NCBI RefSeq assembly: GCF_001194135.2
Contig: NC_068998.1
Span: forward strand, 32,793,799-32,857,798
Reading direction: 5' to 3'
DNA from: Octopus bimaculoides
Lineage: Eukaryota
Length of the DNA stretch: 64,000 nt
The position numbers and the translations under genes were made by a program. The notes beneath the pieces are model-generated. The model searched no databases and was not told the DNA's origin. It was given only the letters and a program-made list of their open reading frames with translations. Shown here one piece after another: positions 13,229 to 27,000 of this stretch (position 1 is the first letter of the stretch; every line of letters starts with the position of its first letter).

Positions 13229-16200
13229 ATATGGGAGCTGATGACATTACGGTTACAATTATTTACAATGTCTTTTTCACTCTTGGTGGGGTTAATTAGC
13301 CTACATTTAGGATTAGAAAGGAAGTTGGGTCCTTAAATATAATATAAGAGGGGCAAGCCAAGGCAGGCCATGCAATCCTTTCGCTTTAGGAGGCTGGCTG
13401 GCACTTTCATTTCAGTGTTTATGCCCTTGTATGTAGAGATATTTGTTTTCATTTATGTTTATGATGTTTGTAAGTATTTCTCTGTGTGGGTAATGTTTGT
13501 TTCATATATATCCTTTTTTTTTTTTTGTCAGTGAGAATGCATGCATTAGTTTAGGAAAGGATTAGAAAGATGTTGAAATATTATCTTTTTGAAGATGATG
13601 ATGATAGTGATGATGGTGGTGGTGGCTTAGCCCCATAAACCACTAAATCTGTGAAATACAACTGAACACTCCATATTTATACAGTATGTATAAGACAAGT
13701 TAGCAAGGTAGAAGTACTTGCTCACCTGCATACTAATTTAGCAATAAAATCTCATTTCAGTGTTAGAAACCAACATAACACTTATTTCATCTGTAGCAGA
13801 ATGAAGGGAGATGAGGAGGGAAAAGTAATGACAGGACTGGAAGTAATGTTACATCAAGACATGGAATATTCAAACAGCCTTTTTCTTTGCTGGGGTGTCG
13901 AATGTGACAGACATGCTGAGAGGATTGTTCTAGGGGAGTAGTTCTCTTCTGGCCAGAAGCTCAGGTAGAGTGCACATGTGGGTACAACTATTAGGTTCCG
14001 TTGGTTCCTGTGACCCAAAGTTTGGATATACTCTTGCTGATTGCATCTCGAGGTAAGAGCAACTGTTATTTATACCTGACAATTACATCATCTGCATAAA
14101 AACAGAAAGCAATATCTATACATGATACTTATTTACAGCCGAATAGACTGGCTTATCTGAGACTAACAATGGATACAGCACTGCTACAGAAATAAATTCA
14201 ATATACTCCTGAGCAACTTGTTGAATATTTGTTGTAGATTCATTCTTAGCTCCACTATGTCTTAATTATTGTAAAACATGTGAGTGCCACAACATTTTTC
14301 CAGTTAATAAGAAACCACTCTTGTGTAACTATTGATCTTTAGCTTTTCTTGTGTCATATATATCGTCATAACATCTTTTAATACTGCACAACCCTTTTTT
14401 CAACTGCAATTTGACTAGATTCTAAAGTGAATCAGATTATATTGTTTTCTCTAGAGAAATATAAAAGCACTGTATATGAGTAAGCCTAATCATCACCACC
14501 AACCAAATTACTTTCTATTGCTTTTTGATTAGAAAAAAAATTGAGTGTAGTTTCAAATAATATTACAAGTTTTTATGTTTTACATTGATCAATCATTTAA
14601 CAATTGAATGGATGACTATCGAAGCAACAATAGTTAATAGGGCCATCAGCCTAAACAGAAAGCCAAATTGGAAAAATAAAAAAAGAAGCAACTTTGAAAT
14701 TTGCAAACAAGCAAGTCTACTGGTCATATGAACTGTTCATAAATCATTACTTTTGGCTCCATACTGAAGCTATCTGTCATTTATCTCTCATTGCACAAAT
14801 ACCTCTGTAACATTTGCTGAGTCAAAATGATCAAGTCTATTTCTAACAATTCAAATTCAGATACATATATACACATGAAAAAGCATGCTAAACTGTCTGA
14901 AGCTTATTGCATTACAAGACAGTTCAATATCTTTGGCTGGCTTTTATTATTATCAATGACCATGGTGAACAATATCACAGAAGTGACAAACAAGACTTCC
15001 AATTTTGATTCTTTCATTTTGATCAATGAAATCAGATAACTGTTTTAACTTCTTTTAGAAGAACTCTGTGAGTCAAGCTTGATCTGACAAATGAAGTAGC
15101 TTCATACTTGAACAGATAGCTAAGTTTAACGATTGCTGACTAACTGATATTAGTGATATTTCTTTCCTTTTCAAAGATTAACACATTTACTTTCATCATC
15201 AGACCATTTTTTCCCCTTCAACCATATTAATATTCAGAAAGTATTTACAAGTGTAACCATAGTTTATATACATGAAACTATATCATGTATGAATTGTCCT
15301 ACTGGTATTGTCATATTTTATTTTGTACAAAGCATGTTGCAATAACAATACATGTTTAAGTGAATTTTTTTTTACTTGGTCCCAGTACATAAAAAGATTA
15401 TAAGATTAATAATTTCTTTTGTTTTACTACAAGGTTGTATGTACATAGGTAGGTAGGTAGAGACAAAACACACACACACACACACATAAATATATTTCTC
15501 TGGACCATCAGATTGCTGAACCATTTGTGAGGATTTCCTTGACTAGACCACTAGAATTATCACTGGAGAATACAAAAGTAGTTTCCTATTGCCATCTTTC
15601 GATATCTAGAGCAAATGCCATAATGTTTATTGTTCCAACATTAATAACTCAGCCAATCCACTGGTTTGAACTTTCGTTTATCAACTCCAGAAGAATAAGA
15701 CAAAGTTGATCTTGGCAGTATTTGAACTTAGAATGTAATGCATAAGAAAAAAATATACAGAATGACATTTTCTCTGATACTGTAACAATTATGCCAATTT
15801 ACCATGTAATATGGTGCAATATGGTTAAGTCTTGGTTTCAATTCAGCTGTATGGCATCTTGAGCAAGAGTCACGACTATAGCTTCAGGGTGACCCATATC
15901 TTGTAAGTAAAATTGGGCTGATGGAAACTGTGTAGAAGCTCATTGAATGGATTGTATCTTCAATTCAAAGTCTTGGCATGCTGTGTTATGCTGATACCAC
16001 CTGCATTAAGGGCATATATGTCTGTGGATTACTCTCTCACTTAAATGCTAATTCAATGAGTTTCCTTCATATATAGTTGTCATAATGAAATCCAGTATAT
16101 CATTGCTACTATTTTATTGATTTTGGCAGATTTAAATTCTGCCTTAATATAAGAAATTGAACTGAAAAATGTGCAATACTAAATTAGAGATGGTATTAAA

Positions 16201-16394
16201 ATTTTAATAGTAGTTGGCAGCAAACCACCTTTCATAATTTCTGACACAAGATCTGTTGGTGTCTTGTTGTGAAACCACACACTATGCTTATGACATGGAA
16301 AAAAGTGACCAAACGCTTACAGGTTCAAACTGGTGGTGATCATGTAAGAGCAATTTTATTGATTGTTTCCTATAGGATTGTTTCCTGTAGACAC

Positions 16395-16730
16395 AAGCAT
16401 GGCACTGTGTTAAAGAAATTTGCTTCCCAACAACATAGTTCTGGGTTCAGTACCACTGTGTTTTCTACTATAGCCTGAGGCTGACCAAAGCCTTGTGAGT
16501 AGATTTGGTAGAAGAAAACTGAAAGAAGCCCATCATATATGAGTATGTGCCTTTGCCTGTGTATTTATCCCCCATCACTGCTTGACAACCAGTGTTAATT
16601 TGTTTACATTCACAAAACTTAGTGGTTCAGCAAAAGACTGATAGAATAAGTATCAAGCTTAGGAAGGAAAAAAAAGGTGGTGATCCAGCATGGCCACAAT
16701 CTAATGACTGAAACAATTAAAAGATAGAAG
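16395..16730 (+). mobile_element. Diverged SINE family A copy
   Basis: Head ttgcttcccaac...ttctgggttcagt, ctactatagcc...gaccaaagccttgtgagt, tail aatgactgaaaca. Confidence 0.8.
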
Positions 16731-17864
16731 ATAAAACATAGCTAATCACTCAACTAAAATAGGGATTTAATATGGTATTTGAGAATAACAGAGATGAGTA
16801 GTGTTATGTGCCGTATCAATAATAAAGCTCAAAGCTTACTACTTAATAATTGTCAGATTTGAATACTTGATAGTGTGACCGTCTTGTTTCTTAACTACAC
16901 AGCCACTTTACTTCATTTGCCATTCAAATAAATTCTGTTTCTCAATTAACATTGATGTGAATTTATTGGTATGTCATCAAGTGCAGTTATTTTTGTGAAT
17001 TCTTACTTCTGAGGAAGAAATCACCAATATATATTTCACTTGTCACCATATTCTAAGTTATAATATTGTTTGATATAGTGAAGATCTTCAATAAACTTTC
17101 ATATGACAACTGCCAATATTTAAGACTTAACTTTGACTTTTCTAATACTTTCATTCAGACAGATTATCTTATTTCATCCTACTTGTTCCAAAATTAAATC
17201 TCAAGCTCTCTTTCCCTCTCTTATTCTCTTTCATTCTTAAGTACAATATTGTAGAATAACTGTGTTTTATTTATGTGCGCTTTCCTTCACAGCCCTTCTC
17301 TTCCTCAACATCGAAACCACCACCACCCAGTAGGCTAATAAATTAAATAGTGTTCCCATTACATTTAACAACTCACTGTAGTTATGCATAGTACATGTTA
17401 TTTACAGCCAAGCTGAGCAGGATCTGGCAATTTAAGTGCCTTGGATACAATATAGAGGATATATCTATATGTGTTTATAGTAATATCTAAGGATCAAGGT
17501 GTAGGAAGTTAGTAAGCTTTGAACAGTCCATAGAAGGTATAAAAAACAACTTTCAAGAACAGTAGCAGTTTATTGACATAGAAGGTTGTAAATTTTTCCA
17601 TATTGAAGTTCAATAAGCAGAAAATAGTTATTTTATAGTTCGCAGTTAGCAACTGGGACTGCTGTGTATGCTGATGGAAATCCCAATTTTAGGAATGGAA
17701 TAGATAAATCCAATGTAACCTTCATTTGACTGAAGTATTTTTGGCCTGAAGTGCAGCTAGCAAGGTAGCCTGCGTTTGGGTAATTACTACTTAGCTAGGA
17801 AACATTTATAACATACTCCATTCCCTAATTAGGATTATATATATATATTTATATATCCTCCTCC

Positions 17865-18305
17865 TCCTCCTCCTCATCATCATTTTACATCCATTGTCCA
17901 TGCTGACATGGGTTGGATGATTTGACCAAGGCTGGTAAGCTGAGGAGCTGCACCAGATTCCAGTCTGATTCAGCATGGTTTCTATGGCTGGATGCTCTTC
18001 CTAATGCCAACTCCCCTGAGAGTGTAATGGGTGCTTTTATGTGCCACCGGCATGGATGCCAGTTGTGTAACACTAGTATCTGCCAAGACTACGATCTCAC
18101 TCAGCTTGATGGATCTTCCTTCTCATGCTTAGCATATTGCCAAAGATCTGTCATTTGTCATTGTCTCCATGAGGTCCAACACTTGAAAAGTGCTTTATAC
18201 ATGCCACCAGCATGGGTGCCAGTTACATGAGACTGACAACGGCCACAACAACAATTTCACTTGGCTTGATGGGTCTTTGCAAGCACGATATATTGCCAAA
18301 TGTCT
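17865..18305 (-). mobile_element. SINE/LINE-tail repeat family B copy
   Basis: catcatcattttacatccattgtccatgctgacatgggttggatg...ctggatgctcttcctaatgccaac, homologous to 9308-9537. Confidence 0.8.
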
Positions 18306-19173
18306 CACTCGCTAGCAGTGGCAAACTGGGTCTAAAAATATTGGTCGCCAGGAGACTAAGGGGGCCCACCCACAACTAGAATGGTATCATTTAATTTTAT
18401 AACAAATAAATAAAATTTTCAAAAAATACATAAGTGGAAACAAAACAGTGCAATTTAAATTTTCGTGAAAAAATGTATATTTTTCAATAAATACAATGTA
18501 GGTGTACTATATATATCACTGGAAGTATACAGTAATACCAACTGTAGAGTCAGAATGAATTTTTAAATAAATGCTTTGGTGAATATATATTATAGTATAC
18601 TGTTATTTTGGACATGTACTGTTATTTTGAAAATGTTCAACCAAACTGAAAATAAAAACCAATAAATCTATAAATCAATTTCATTATTTTTAATGAAGAT
18701 ATTTTACTGTCAAAGAAATAACTATGTTTTCTTATGAAAATTATGGCATTGTAGCTAGGACCATGTCTTCAAACACATACATTATTTGTTTGTTTGCTTT
18801 TTATGAAAGAGACTTCTTTCAAACAACCTGTTGATATATTGTTTTTAATTAAACGTCCATATGCCAAGAATTCTATCACCACTACTTTGATTGCTCCAAA
18901 CCATCTAAAAATAAAGGATAAATTTACATGATTTTGACTTCTTTTACTTTTAATATTTAACTTCCTTCCATTATTCTTTTTTCCCTGCTCTTGCCATTAC
19001 TTTTTTTAATAAAACCCTTATAACATTTTAAAAATAACAGTATACTATACATGTACCAATTTTTTAAAGTTTTAAAATGATTGGTGAATATTTTTAAATA
19101 GTTTACTTGTACTGCACACATCACACATTAACAAATAAATCAAGTGTACAAAACTTGTATTACATGCAATCCA

Positions 19174-21970
19174 CTATATTAAGAGCAATTGTTTGAGTTC
19201 ACTGGTTGATTGTGCAAATCTGTCAATAATTGCTTCTGAATCCAATTCATCTAACAATTCATTTTCAATGGCTGGCAACTTGTATGCTTCCAAGTTCTCA
19301 TCAGACAGCGAATTCTTATCCTTGTCTTTATGATCTTTAACTTTGAAAACGTCCTCTCACATTGGACTTGGGTAACTGATAGTGTGCAGATGACTTTATA
19401 AAGTTCATAAAGGTTATCATATGCCTTGTCACGAGGCCCTTCTCTGTGATAGTTTTAAATTTAGCTGGGTCCAAATTTTGATTCTAGTGACTTGACAATG
19501 CAAGCCATTATAGGAAAGTTTGTTTCTTCGTTGAATCACCACTTTATAAGAAAGTGGGTTATTGCAGCTCAGCGGGCTGCGTGTTCGAATCATGTCGGGG
19601 GTCACCAGTATAGGAAAGTTGGTTATACATCATTAGATGTATACCTGACTTTCCTATATAAAATTAAAAAATATAACGGAACGCTGAACTCCAGACTATC
19701 AACTTAAACAACATTTATTCAGGTGGTAAATATATACATCTTTAGCTCTTGTTGTTACAGCTTCTATGTGTGTGAGCATAGTTGTTGGGACGTTCTTATG
19801 TAGATGTGAGCGAGCTGTCGAGTGTAAGTCCGAAAGATGGAGAGTGACAGCTATACACGTAAAGAGACTGTCTCCAGGTTGGAATGTCAGAGACACTGCT
19901 TGACACGTCCATGCTCTATTGCTGGCCAGCAAGAAAGAGATAGAATTAAGCGGGAAAGCTTGCTTGTTTAATTCCAAGCATGCGTGAGATTACGCATGCG
20001 CACGGCGTTACTACACCATCATTATGTTAAACACATTTATTTGAAAATCATTGAGAGAATCTGAGGAAATTCCTTCATCATTAACAAGCTCATCTGTCAT
20101 TCTTTTCTACTTCTTCTGTCTCTTAACTGGCAATGCTGTTTCTAAGCACCACTTTCCAATATTTGATTTTCATCCATATTCATCTGTGAAATCTTGTCTT
20201 TACATTTATTTATAAATTCCAAAGCCTTGCTGTTAATGTTATCAAATGTTCTTGTCTGTTCCTCCAACTTTGCTGTAGCTGAATCTACTAAACCCCACGA
20301 GTAAACATATCTAACCCACTTGTCTGTAGATAACTTGATAACAGGGCTATAGTTTCAAATATATACAAGTAAGTAAATGCTGAGAATATGGTTTCAAACT
20401 TTAAAAGACTTTGAAGTAAAACATTTGCTTCGTGTTTTGTTTTGGCATCAAACTTGTCTGAATCTTGTATCAGTGATATAAGCATGTCAACAGATTTACA
20501 AAAGTACTGACATTGGCATCATCAAAACGTCCAAATATAGTTGTTGCTGCATTGGATTTTCCTGACTATCTGGTCTCACCAATTAGCTTCAGTTGCTTCA
20601 TTTTTTTCTTGTCCTAGATGTTTTCCAACAACTTTTATCCATACAGCCATTCTCTTATATGATGCTTTCACAAAAACTGCAAAGTTCTGGAGCAAACTGA
20701 AAAAAAAAAAACTGCAGGTACATAACATTTTATTGATTCAATCGTCACCAAATTCAAGACATGAGCATACACCATATATGAACATGTTGATCTGCCACAG
20801 CAGCAATTTTACTTTGTTAACCACTATGCTCTCCATGGTCAATTCTAAGATGCTGTAACATTTCAGTCAATAGGTCAAAATGTCCGTCTTGTACCATCAT
20901 TACTTGGCACAACTGAAAGTAGTCACTCACAGATAACACTTTTAAGCACATACCGAATAACAATGCTAAACTGATTGTTGGATGAATTATCTTGTGTTGA
21001 ATCAACCTGAATAGAATAATATATTGCATGAGAAACTTCACGACCAATTCTTTCTTGTTACTCTGGTATGTAACAAGTCCACCATGGCCTTTACTTCAAG
21101 CCTTTCCTTGTTGTTCTAATCATTTGAATCTTTTTCTAGACTTGTTTTGCACTGCAGAAACGTGAGCTGCCACAATGGTGCCATATTTTATCATCAACTT
21201 CACTGTAGCTAAAAAATTGCCATGATTCAGAACCTCATTATCCAGAGTGTAGGCTGATTCATTTCTGTGACCTCGAAAAGGAAGTGTTTGCTTGATTAAC
21301 ATCTTTATGTTGTCTATAATCCACATGACAATACTTCTCTGCTTCAATACTTCTTCTTTCCTTTTAATTAGTGATGCTGCAAAAAGATTTTCTATGGTGC
21401 CATCAACACTGATATATTGCTGAGCATTTCTGACATGTGTTGTCGATTCATTTAAAGGGTGATAGATTATAAAGTGTTGGGAGACTCAAAGGCTATGCAG
21501 TATGAACAATATAAGTACCTATTTTCTTTGTTATATGTTAGCCATTTTCTTGAGACTGAACCATTCATAATTTTCCTCTCATACAAACGAGCATCTAGTG
21601 ACTGAAATGGATGTTCAGCAAAAAACTGTTTCAGATATTGGAAAATTCCAGTAGTTGATCCTTCATTTTCTTGTGTTGGTTCAATTACAAGACGTGCTTC
21701 AGAAACCAAGTCATTTATGCCTGAATTAATATCTGATTCCCTGTCACTAGTTGAAGCTATATCCTCAGACGTTGCAACTACAAGCAGTACAGATACTGGA
21801 ACAATGAAGCCAGAAATAGTACTGGGGCTGGGTTGATTAGTAATAGATGCACTTGTATTTCTCTCTACATTCAAAGTTACTCTTCCCTGTTCTTGCAACT
21901 CACATGTCTCTACATCATCACCATGAGTATTGTTTCTTGCTTCTTGATTATTTGTTGCAGAACTGGACAT
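19174..21970 (-). pseudogene. hAT-superfamily transposase pseudogene (TTF-type Zn finger, DUF4371-like region, C-terminal dimerisation domain), interrupted by an LTR remnant
   Basis: RKWLTY...LYCSYC; LPFRGHRNE...NHGNFLA; HEANVLLQSLLKFETI; CERTFSKLKIIKTRIRNSLSDENL, ending at TAG 19174-19176. Multiple stops. Element termini probably lie near 18316 and ~22760 but are unresolved. Confidence 0.88.
19509..20015 (-). mobile_element. Internally deleted LTR-retrotransposon remnant (407-bp LTR + tRNA-Trp PBS + terminal LTR stub) with 4-bp TSD CCAT
   Basis: Minus strand starts TGTAGTAAC and ends ACTTTCCTATA. CCAT lies at 19505-19508 and 20016-20019. Removing the element restores the hAT frame (...IMMACIVKSLESKF). 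TATATA and AATAAA occur in the LTR. PBS TGGTGACCCCCGACATGAT starts one base after the LTR end. Confidence 0.85.
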
Positions 21971-22844
21971 TTGTGTGGATGGTGGTTGTGGTATTACAAA
22001 ATCTGTAAGAGATCTTCACCACTTGGCTGATTCTTGCCTTTCTGTTTCTTGTTGCTCTTTGAATTTTAGTGATCCAGATTTATGCCTTTTCTTTTCCATG
22101 CTGTTAGGGGTAATATTCCTGATATTAAAATTCAAAACTTACCAAAAAATACTTCACATTGGAAAAAAGGAACATATACAATTTTCTGTACAAAAATACT
22201 AATACATTATTAGGATTACTAGGATTATATATTTTTAAAATAATATTTTAGTTACTATGTTGGTTGAATGGCTAATAGTACTTAAAACCAGATAAATAGT
22301 ATTATTCACCCTCACAACCTTACATTATCATTTTTTTATGTAGGAGATAAAAAACAAAATTTGAAACATTATCTCCTTGGATTTCTTTTCTTCAAGAAAT
22401 GGCTTCACAACGAACAATAATTCTTAAAACCAAATATTTTAACCCTTTTATATCTGCATTATTTCTGCTCTATATACTTTTGATGTCTGAATTTGTAGGT
22501 AAGAATGAAAATCAATATATTTACATATCATGCAGTTAAGGAGAAGAAATAATTGAGGTGAAGTTTCAGATAAGGATGCCCACATAAGTTTAATTTTCTG
22601 CGTTTTGAGAGGGATTTTTCCAGTTTTATTTTTCACTCAGGCCTTTGACGTGATGTGTTGGTGGTGATGGTGGGGGACGTTTTAAGAAAACTTTTTCGAA
22701 AATTTATGATTTTTTTTCACCTCAGCCCCATCCTCCTGGTCGATATTGGCCAACATTTTGGCTCTACACACTTGAAAACCATGACAGAAGCCTTTTCATA
22801 AAAAAAAGTAAATACTTTCAAATGAAAAGTTGTGTGATTTAAGG

Positions 22845-23357
22845 GAGATTTGGTTACTGTTGTTTCTAGCACATCCTCGTTTCTTTGTCACTGTCACATG
22901 TATTGATGTTTCTCCATAACTTTCTTACCATAAGCACATTTTATGGAATGATGATATGGAAGTAACACACGCATGGTACATTGTAGGGATCTAAGCAACA
23001 AGACAAAAAATTTGAAATTTAAATCCCCCACTGCCACCCAACCAAGTGAGGCCGTGTGTGTGTGTGTGTGTAAGTGTAACCATATATTTACTGACAGGAA
23101 AGAATGCTATTAAAATAAATTATCTTTTATATACCTTTTCTAAAGCACTGTGGATAAATTCCAGCACTGATCTTCCCAGGCTCTGCAATATTTTAAAATT
23201 ATAAACAGAAACAATGAGGGGTGAAAAAATCAGAAGTTAAATTTTTTTTTTTAATACCATAAATGTGCTTATCGGGGGAAAAATATTGAAAAACATCTAT
23301 ACATGTGACAGTGACGAAGGTGATCGTAGGATGTGCTAGAAACAACAGCTAAATCTT
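22845..23357. repeat. Pair of ~100-bp diverged inverted repeats (22845-22947 and 23257-23357)
   Basis: tgtttctagcacatcct...gtcactgtcacatgta...ataagcacattt is mirrored by its reverse complement. Confidence 0.7.
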
Positions 23358-24177
23358 TTCTTGTGAAAATATAAAAAAAAATTTAAATGCAAACTACAAA
23401 ATGAATTAGCCAAAACTGGTCCAGGTAATGAAGAGAAGGAAGGGAGGTGAGAAAAATTAGACCGTGGTGAAAAAGAAATTGGAAAAATCACTGTCAAAAC
23501 GGAGAAAATCTAACATGTGAATGTTCTGATCCAAAATTCTACCATTATTGAAATTAGTCATTACTCATTTTGCCCCAATTTAGACATCATTTTTTGAAAA
23601 TGGAAAATTATCAAATTAGACATTAGTGTAGGGAAAAATTGACATGGAATCCAACAGACAAGAGAATAGTAATTGTTTAACAGCAAAAATTATCCAGATA
23701 TTTTATTTGCAACCTCAATTACAATCGAAATTTCTTAAAAGAAAAGTACCTCTCTCAACTTCAGCAACTATGCTGACCAATTTTTACTCTCAAAGATGAT
23801 GCAACAGAACAAATGATGCAACATTTGCAATGTAATAGTTTCAAACACATAGGAAGAAAATAACAAGAAATCAAAAATTACTTATTCTGCCCCACTCTCT
23901 TTAGTAATTTTGACAAATTGAAATGGTACAAAATGACTAAAAATATAGACAAAAGAAATAAAAAGTTTTGATTTAATAAAAGACATTTGAAGATATATGC
24001 AATAATTCAAAAGCTGAAAAAAATATGTTTTCTATTGTTGTGAGATGTAATTTCATAACTAAAGCTAAATTCAAAATTTACATTTTAGAACATTTCTTAC
24101 TTGTTCACTCATAAAGACCAGTTTTCGCTCCCTCAGAGAAATAACGAAGTTTACAAGTGCTAATATATGTATATTCA

Positions 24178-24211
<34 letters not shown>

Positions 24212-24299
24212 AGCGTTCGTGTGTGTGTCTTTGTATGCGCCACAATTCCAGAGTCATTGCTCAGTTATGCATTGAAAAAACAAATTTGAACTTTCTTTT

Positions 24300-24576
24300 T
24301 CGGAGATGTACTTGCATAGGACGTGACCTGATCTGAGATCGTGTGCTGGAACGAAAACAATTGCAGCGTGGAAGGTGTTTATAAGCCATTTAAAATAACA
24401 CACAAAAACCATTAAATTCACTTCAACATTTAAATTTAATTTGTCAAAATATTTTCGTCGCTTTGAGACCTCAACTTGTTCACTGACAAAGTTCTGTGCT
24501 GCATCTGAGAAAGTAACAGTTAGTTCATGATATGTACGTATGTACGTGTGTGTGTGTGTGTGTGTATGTATGCATG

Positions 24577-24609
<33 letters not shown>

Positions 24610-25282
24610 GTGTGTGTGTGTACATGTGTGTGCGTATGCATATGGGAATGCCTATACGCATGTATGTATGNNNNNNNNNNNNNNNNNNNNNNNNNNNNNN
24701 NATGTAAGTATGCATGTATGTACTTATGGATGTACGTGAGTAATAGGGTAAGTGTGCAGATGTGTTTGTGTGTGTGTGTACATGTGAACGTATGTTTATG
24801 TACTGATATTATTTTTTATTGTTTTTTATTATAATCTTTTTTCTTACACTCATAGACATACCACACATATGTCTACACATACTCATATCTACACATACTC
24901 ATACGTGCATGCATGTACATACTCATATACAGTCACATACACAACGCACAACACATACACACACACGTACATCTACAAATACGTACATACATATCAAACT
25001 ATAAGTTATATAGAACTACATATATGTATTATGCATCTCAACATGTATGTATGGAATTCCACATGTAAAAGAGAAAGAAGGGTGGCTATAAAGGGGTACT
25101 CCGGAGTGGAATCTGGATGTTACCCCATTCGGGTTTACGGTTGAGAGAGGGTTTGTATTCTTGTATACAGACAGCTTCAGTGACTTGTCTCAGCATTGCA
25201 TCAGTGGGATGTGACTAAGATATTTAATTTACGTCTCCCTAAGGAGCCCTTGTGGTAGTCTACAGCATGCTGATAGAAGATG
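24300..25282 (-). mobile_element. Inverted terminal-repeat copy of a Penelope-like element (GIY-YIG 3' end + microsatellite-rich tail + 5'UTR segment)
   Basis: Its reverse complement matches 25748-26215, 29090-29300, 30104-30512 and 26816-27000. Confidence 0.88.
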
Positions 25283-27000
25283 CTGACGAAAACGGTATAT
25301 GCCCTCAATACCGAAACAAGTTCTGGAATAGGTTAGGGAGGGACGCCAACAAAAGAAATAATAACAATACTTGGTATGATAACAAGAAGTTTCACAGTGT
25401 AATGTTTGTTGACGCTACACCTAAGAACGAATAAAGTAAGGCGTTCAAGAAAATCCTGCCCACAACTGGCCTTAAGATGAAAGTTGTAGAAAAGACAGGT
25501 AGGACTATCAAATCTGTATTATGTAGATCATATCCATTTGATAGAATCATCTGTCAAAATAACTGTGCAGTATGTTCTACAAACCCACACGTGAACTACA
25601 AAACCAAGAGCACTGTATACCAGATTAAGTGCCAAGAAGGAGCTTGCGCGACTAACCCGGAGTCATACATTGATGAGACTTCTAGGAGTATCAATGATAG
25701 GTTCAATGAACACCTGGACAACTACATTGAAAAGAAACCAAACTCCATCTTCTATCAGCATGCTGTAGACTACCACAAGGGCTCCTTAGGGAGACTTAAA
25801 TTAAACATCTTATCCACACATCCCAGTGATGCAATGCTGAGACAAGTCACTGAAGCTGTCTGTGTACAAGAATACAAACCCTCTCTCAACCGTAAATCTG
25901 AACGGGGTAACATCCAGATTCCACTCTGGAGAACCCATTTATAGCCACCTTTCTCTCGCTTTTACATGTGGAATTCCATACATACATGTTGAGATGCATA
26001 ATACATATATATAGTTATATATAACCGTATGAGCTTATATAGTTTGATATGTATGTACGTATTTGTAGATGTACGTGTGTGTGTATGTGTTGTGCGTTGT
26101 GTATGTGACTGTATGAGTATGTACATGCATGCACGTATTTAGTATGTGTAGATATATCTATGTAGTATGTCTATGTGTGTAAAAAAAGATTATAATAAAA
26201 ACAATAAAAAAATTTTTAATGCATATTTGAATTTTAACCGTTATCCTTGTATTAGTGTCATATATTTGTCTATTTGTATGTGTGTGTGTGTATGTATATA
26301 TGTGTATATATGTATATATGTAGTGATGGATAAGCGTATATACTCTAAGATTAAACGTATATTTGTGAGTGTGTGTAAGTGTCTATATGATTGTGTGTAC
26401 TTGTATATATGTATAAGCAAGGTTATATGTGCATATATGTATCTAAGATATTGTATCCATTCACCATTAGACGATGGTGAGAGGGACAAACGCACACACA
26501 CACACATATATGTGTGAGTGTTTACATATATGTATATGCATATGTATGTGTATACAACCTTCAACAAAGTGANNNNNNNNNNNNNNNNNNNNNNNNNNNN
26601 NNNNNNNNNNNNNNNNNNNNNNNNNNNNNNNNNNNNNNNNNNNNNNNNNNNNNNNNNNNNNNNNNNNNNNNNNNNNNNNNNNNNNNNNNNNNNNNNNNNN
26701 NNNNNNNNNNNNNNNNNNNNNNNNNNNNNNNNNNNNNNNNNNNNNNNNNNNNNNNNNNNNNNNNNNNNNNNNNNNNNNNNNNNNNNNNNNNNNNNNNNNN
26801 NNNNNNNNNNNNNNNCAGATGCAGCACAGAATTTTGTCAGTGAACAAGTTGAGGTCTCAAAGCGACGAAAATATTTTGACAAATTAAATTTAAATGTTGA
26901 AGTGAATTTAATGGTTTTTGTGTGTTATTTTAAATGGCTTATAAACACCTTCCATGCTGCAATTGTTTTCGTTCCAGCACACGATCTCAGATCAGGTCAC
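25283..27000 (+). mobile_element. Upstream pseudo-LTR of the Penelope-like element: GIY-YIG 3' segment, tail and 5'UTR
   Basis: ORF 25477-25944: CQNNCAVC...VYQIKC...YIDETSRSINDRFNEH...FYQHAVDYH...EAVCVQEYKPSLN (GIY-YIG). Direct repeat of 28570-30512; gap at 26573-26815. Confidence 0.88.

Noticed and set aside
14000-14130. FYADD RT-like motif on the minus strand
   Set aside because: The motif is isolated, with a stop codon close by and no other RT motifs around it.
18316-22770. hAT terminal inverted repeats and 8-bp TSD
   Set aside because: Only patchy similarity between the candidate ends and no TSD found, so the boundaries are not claimed.
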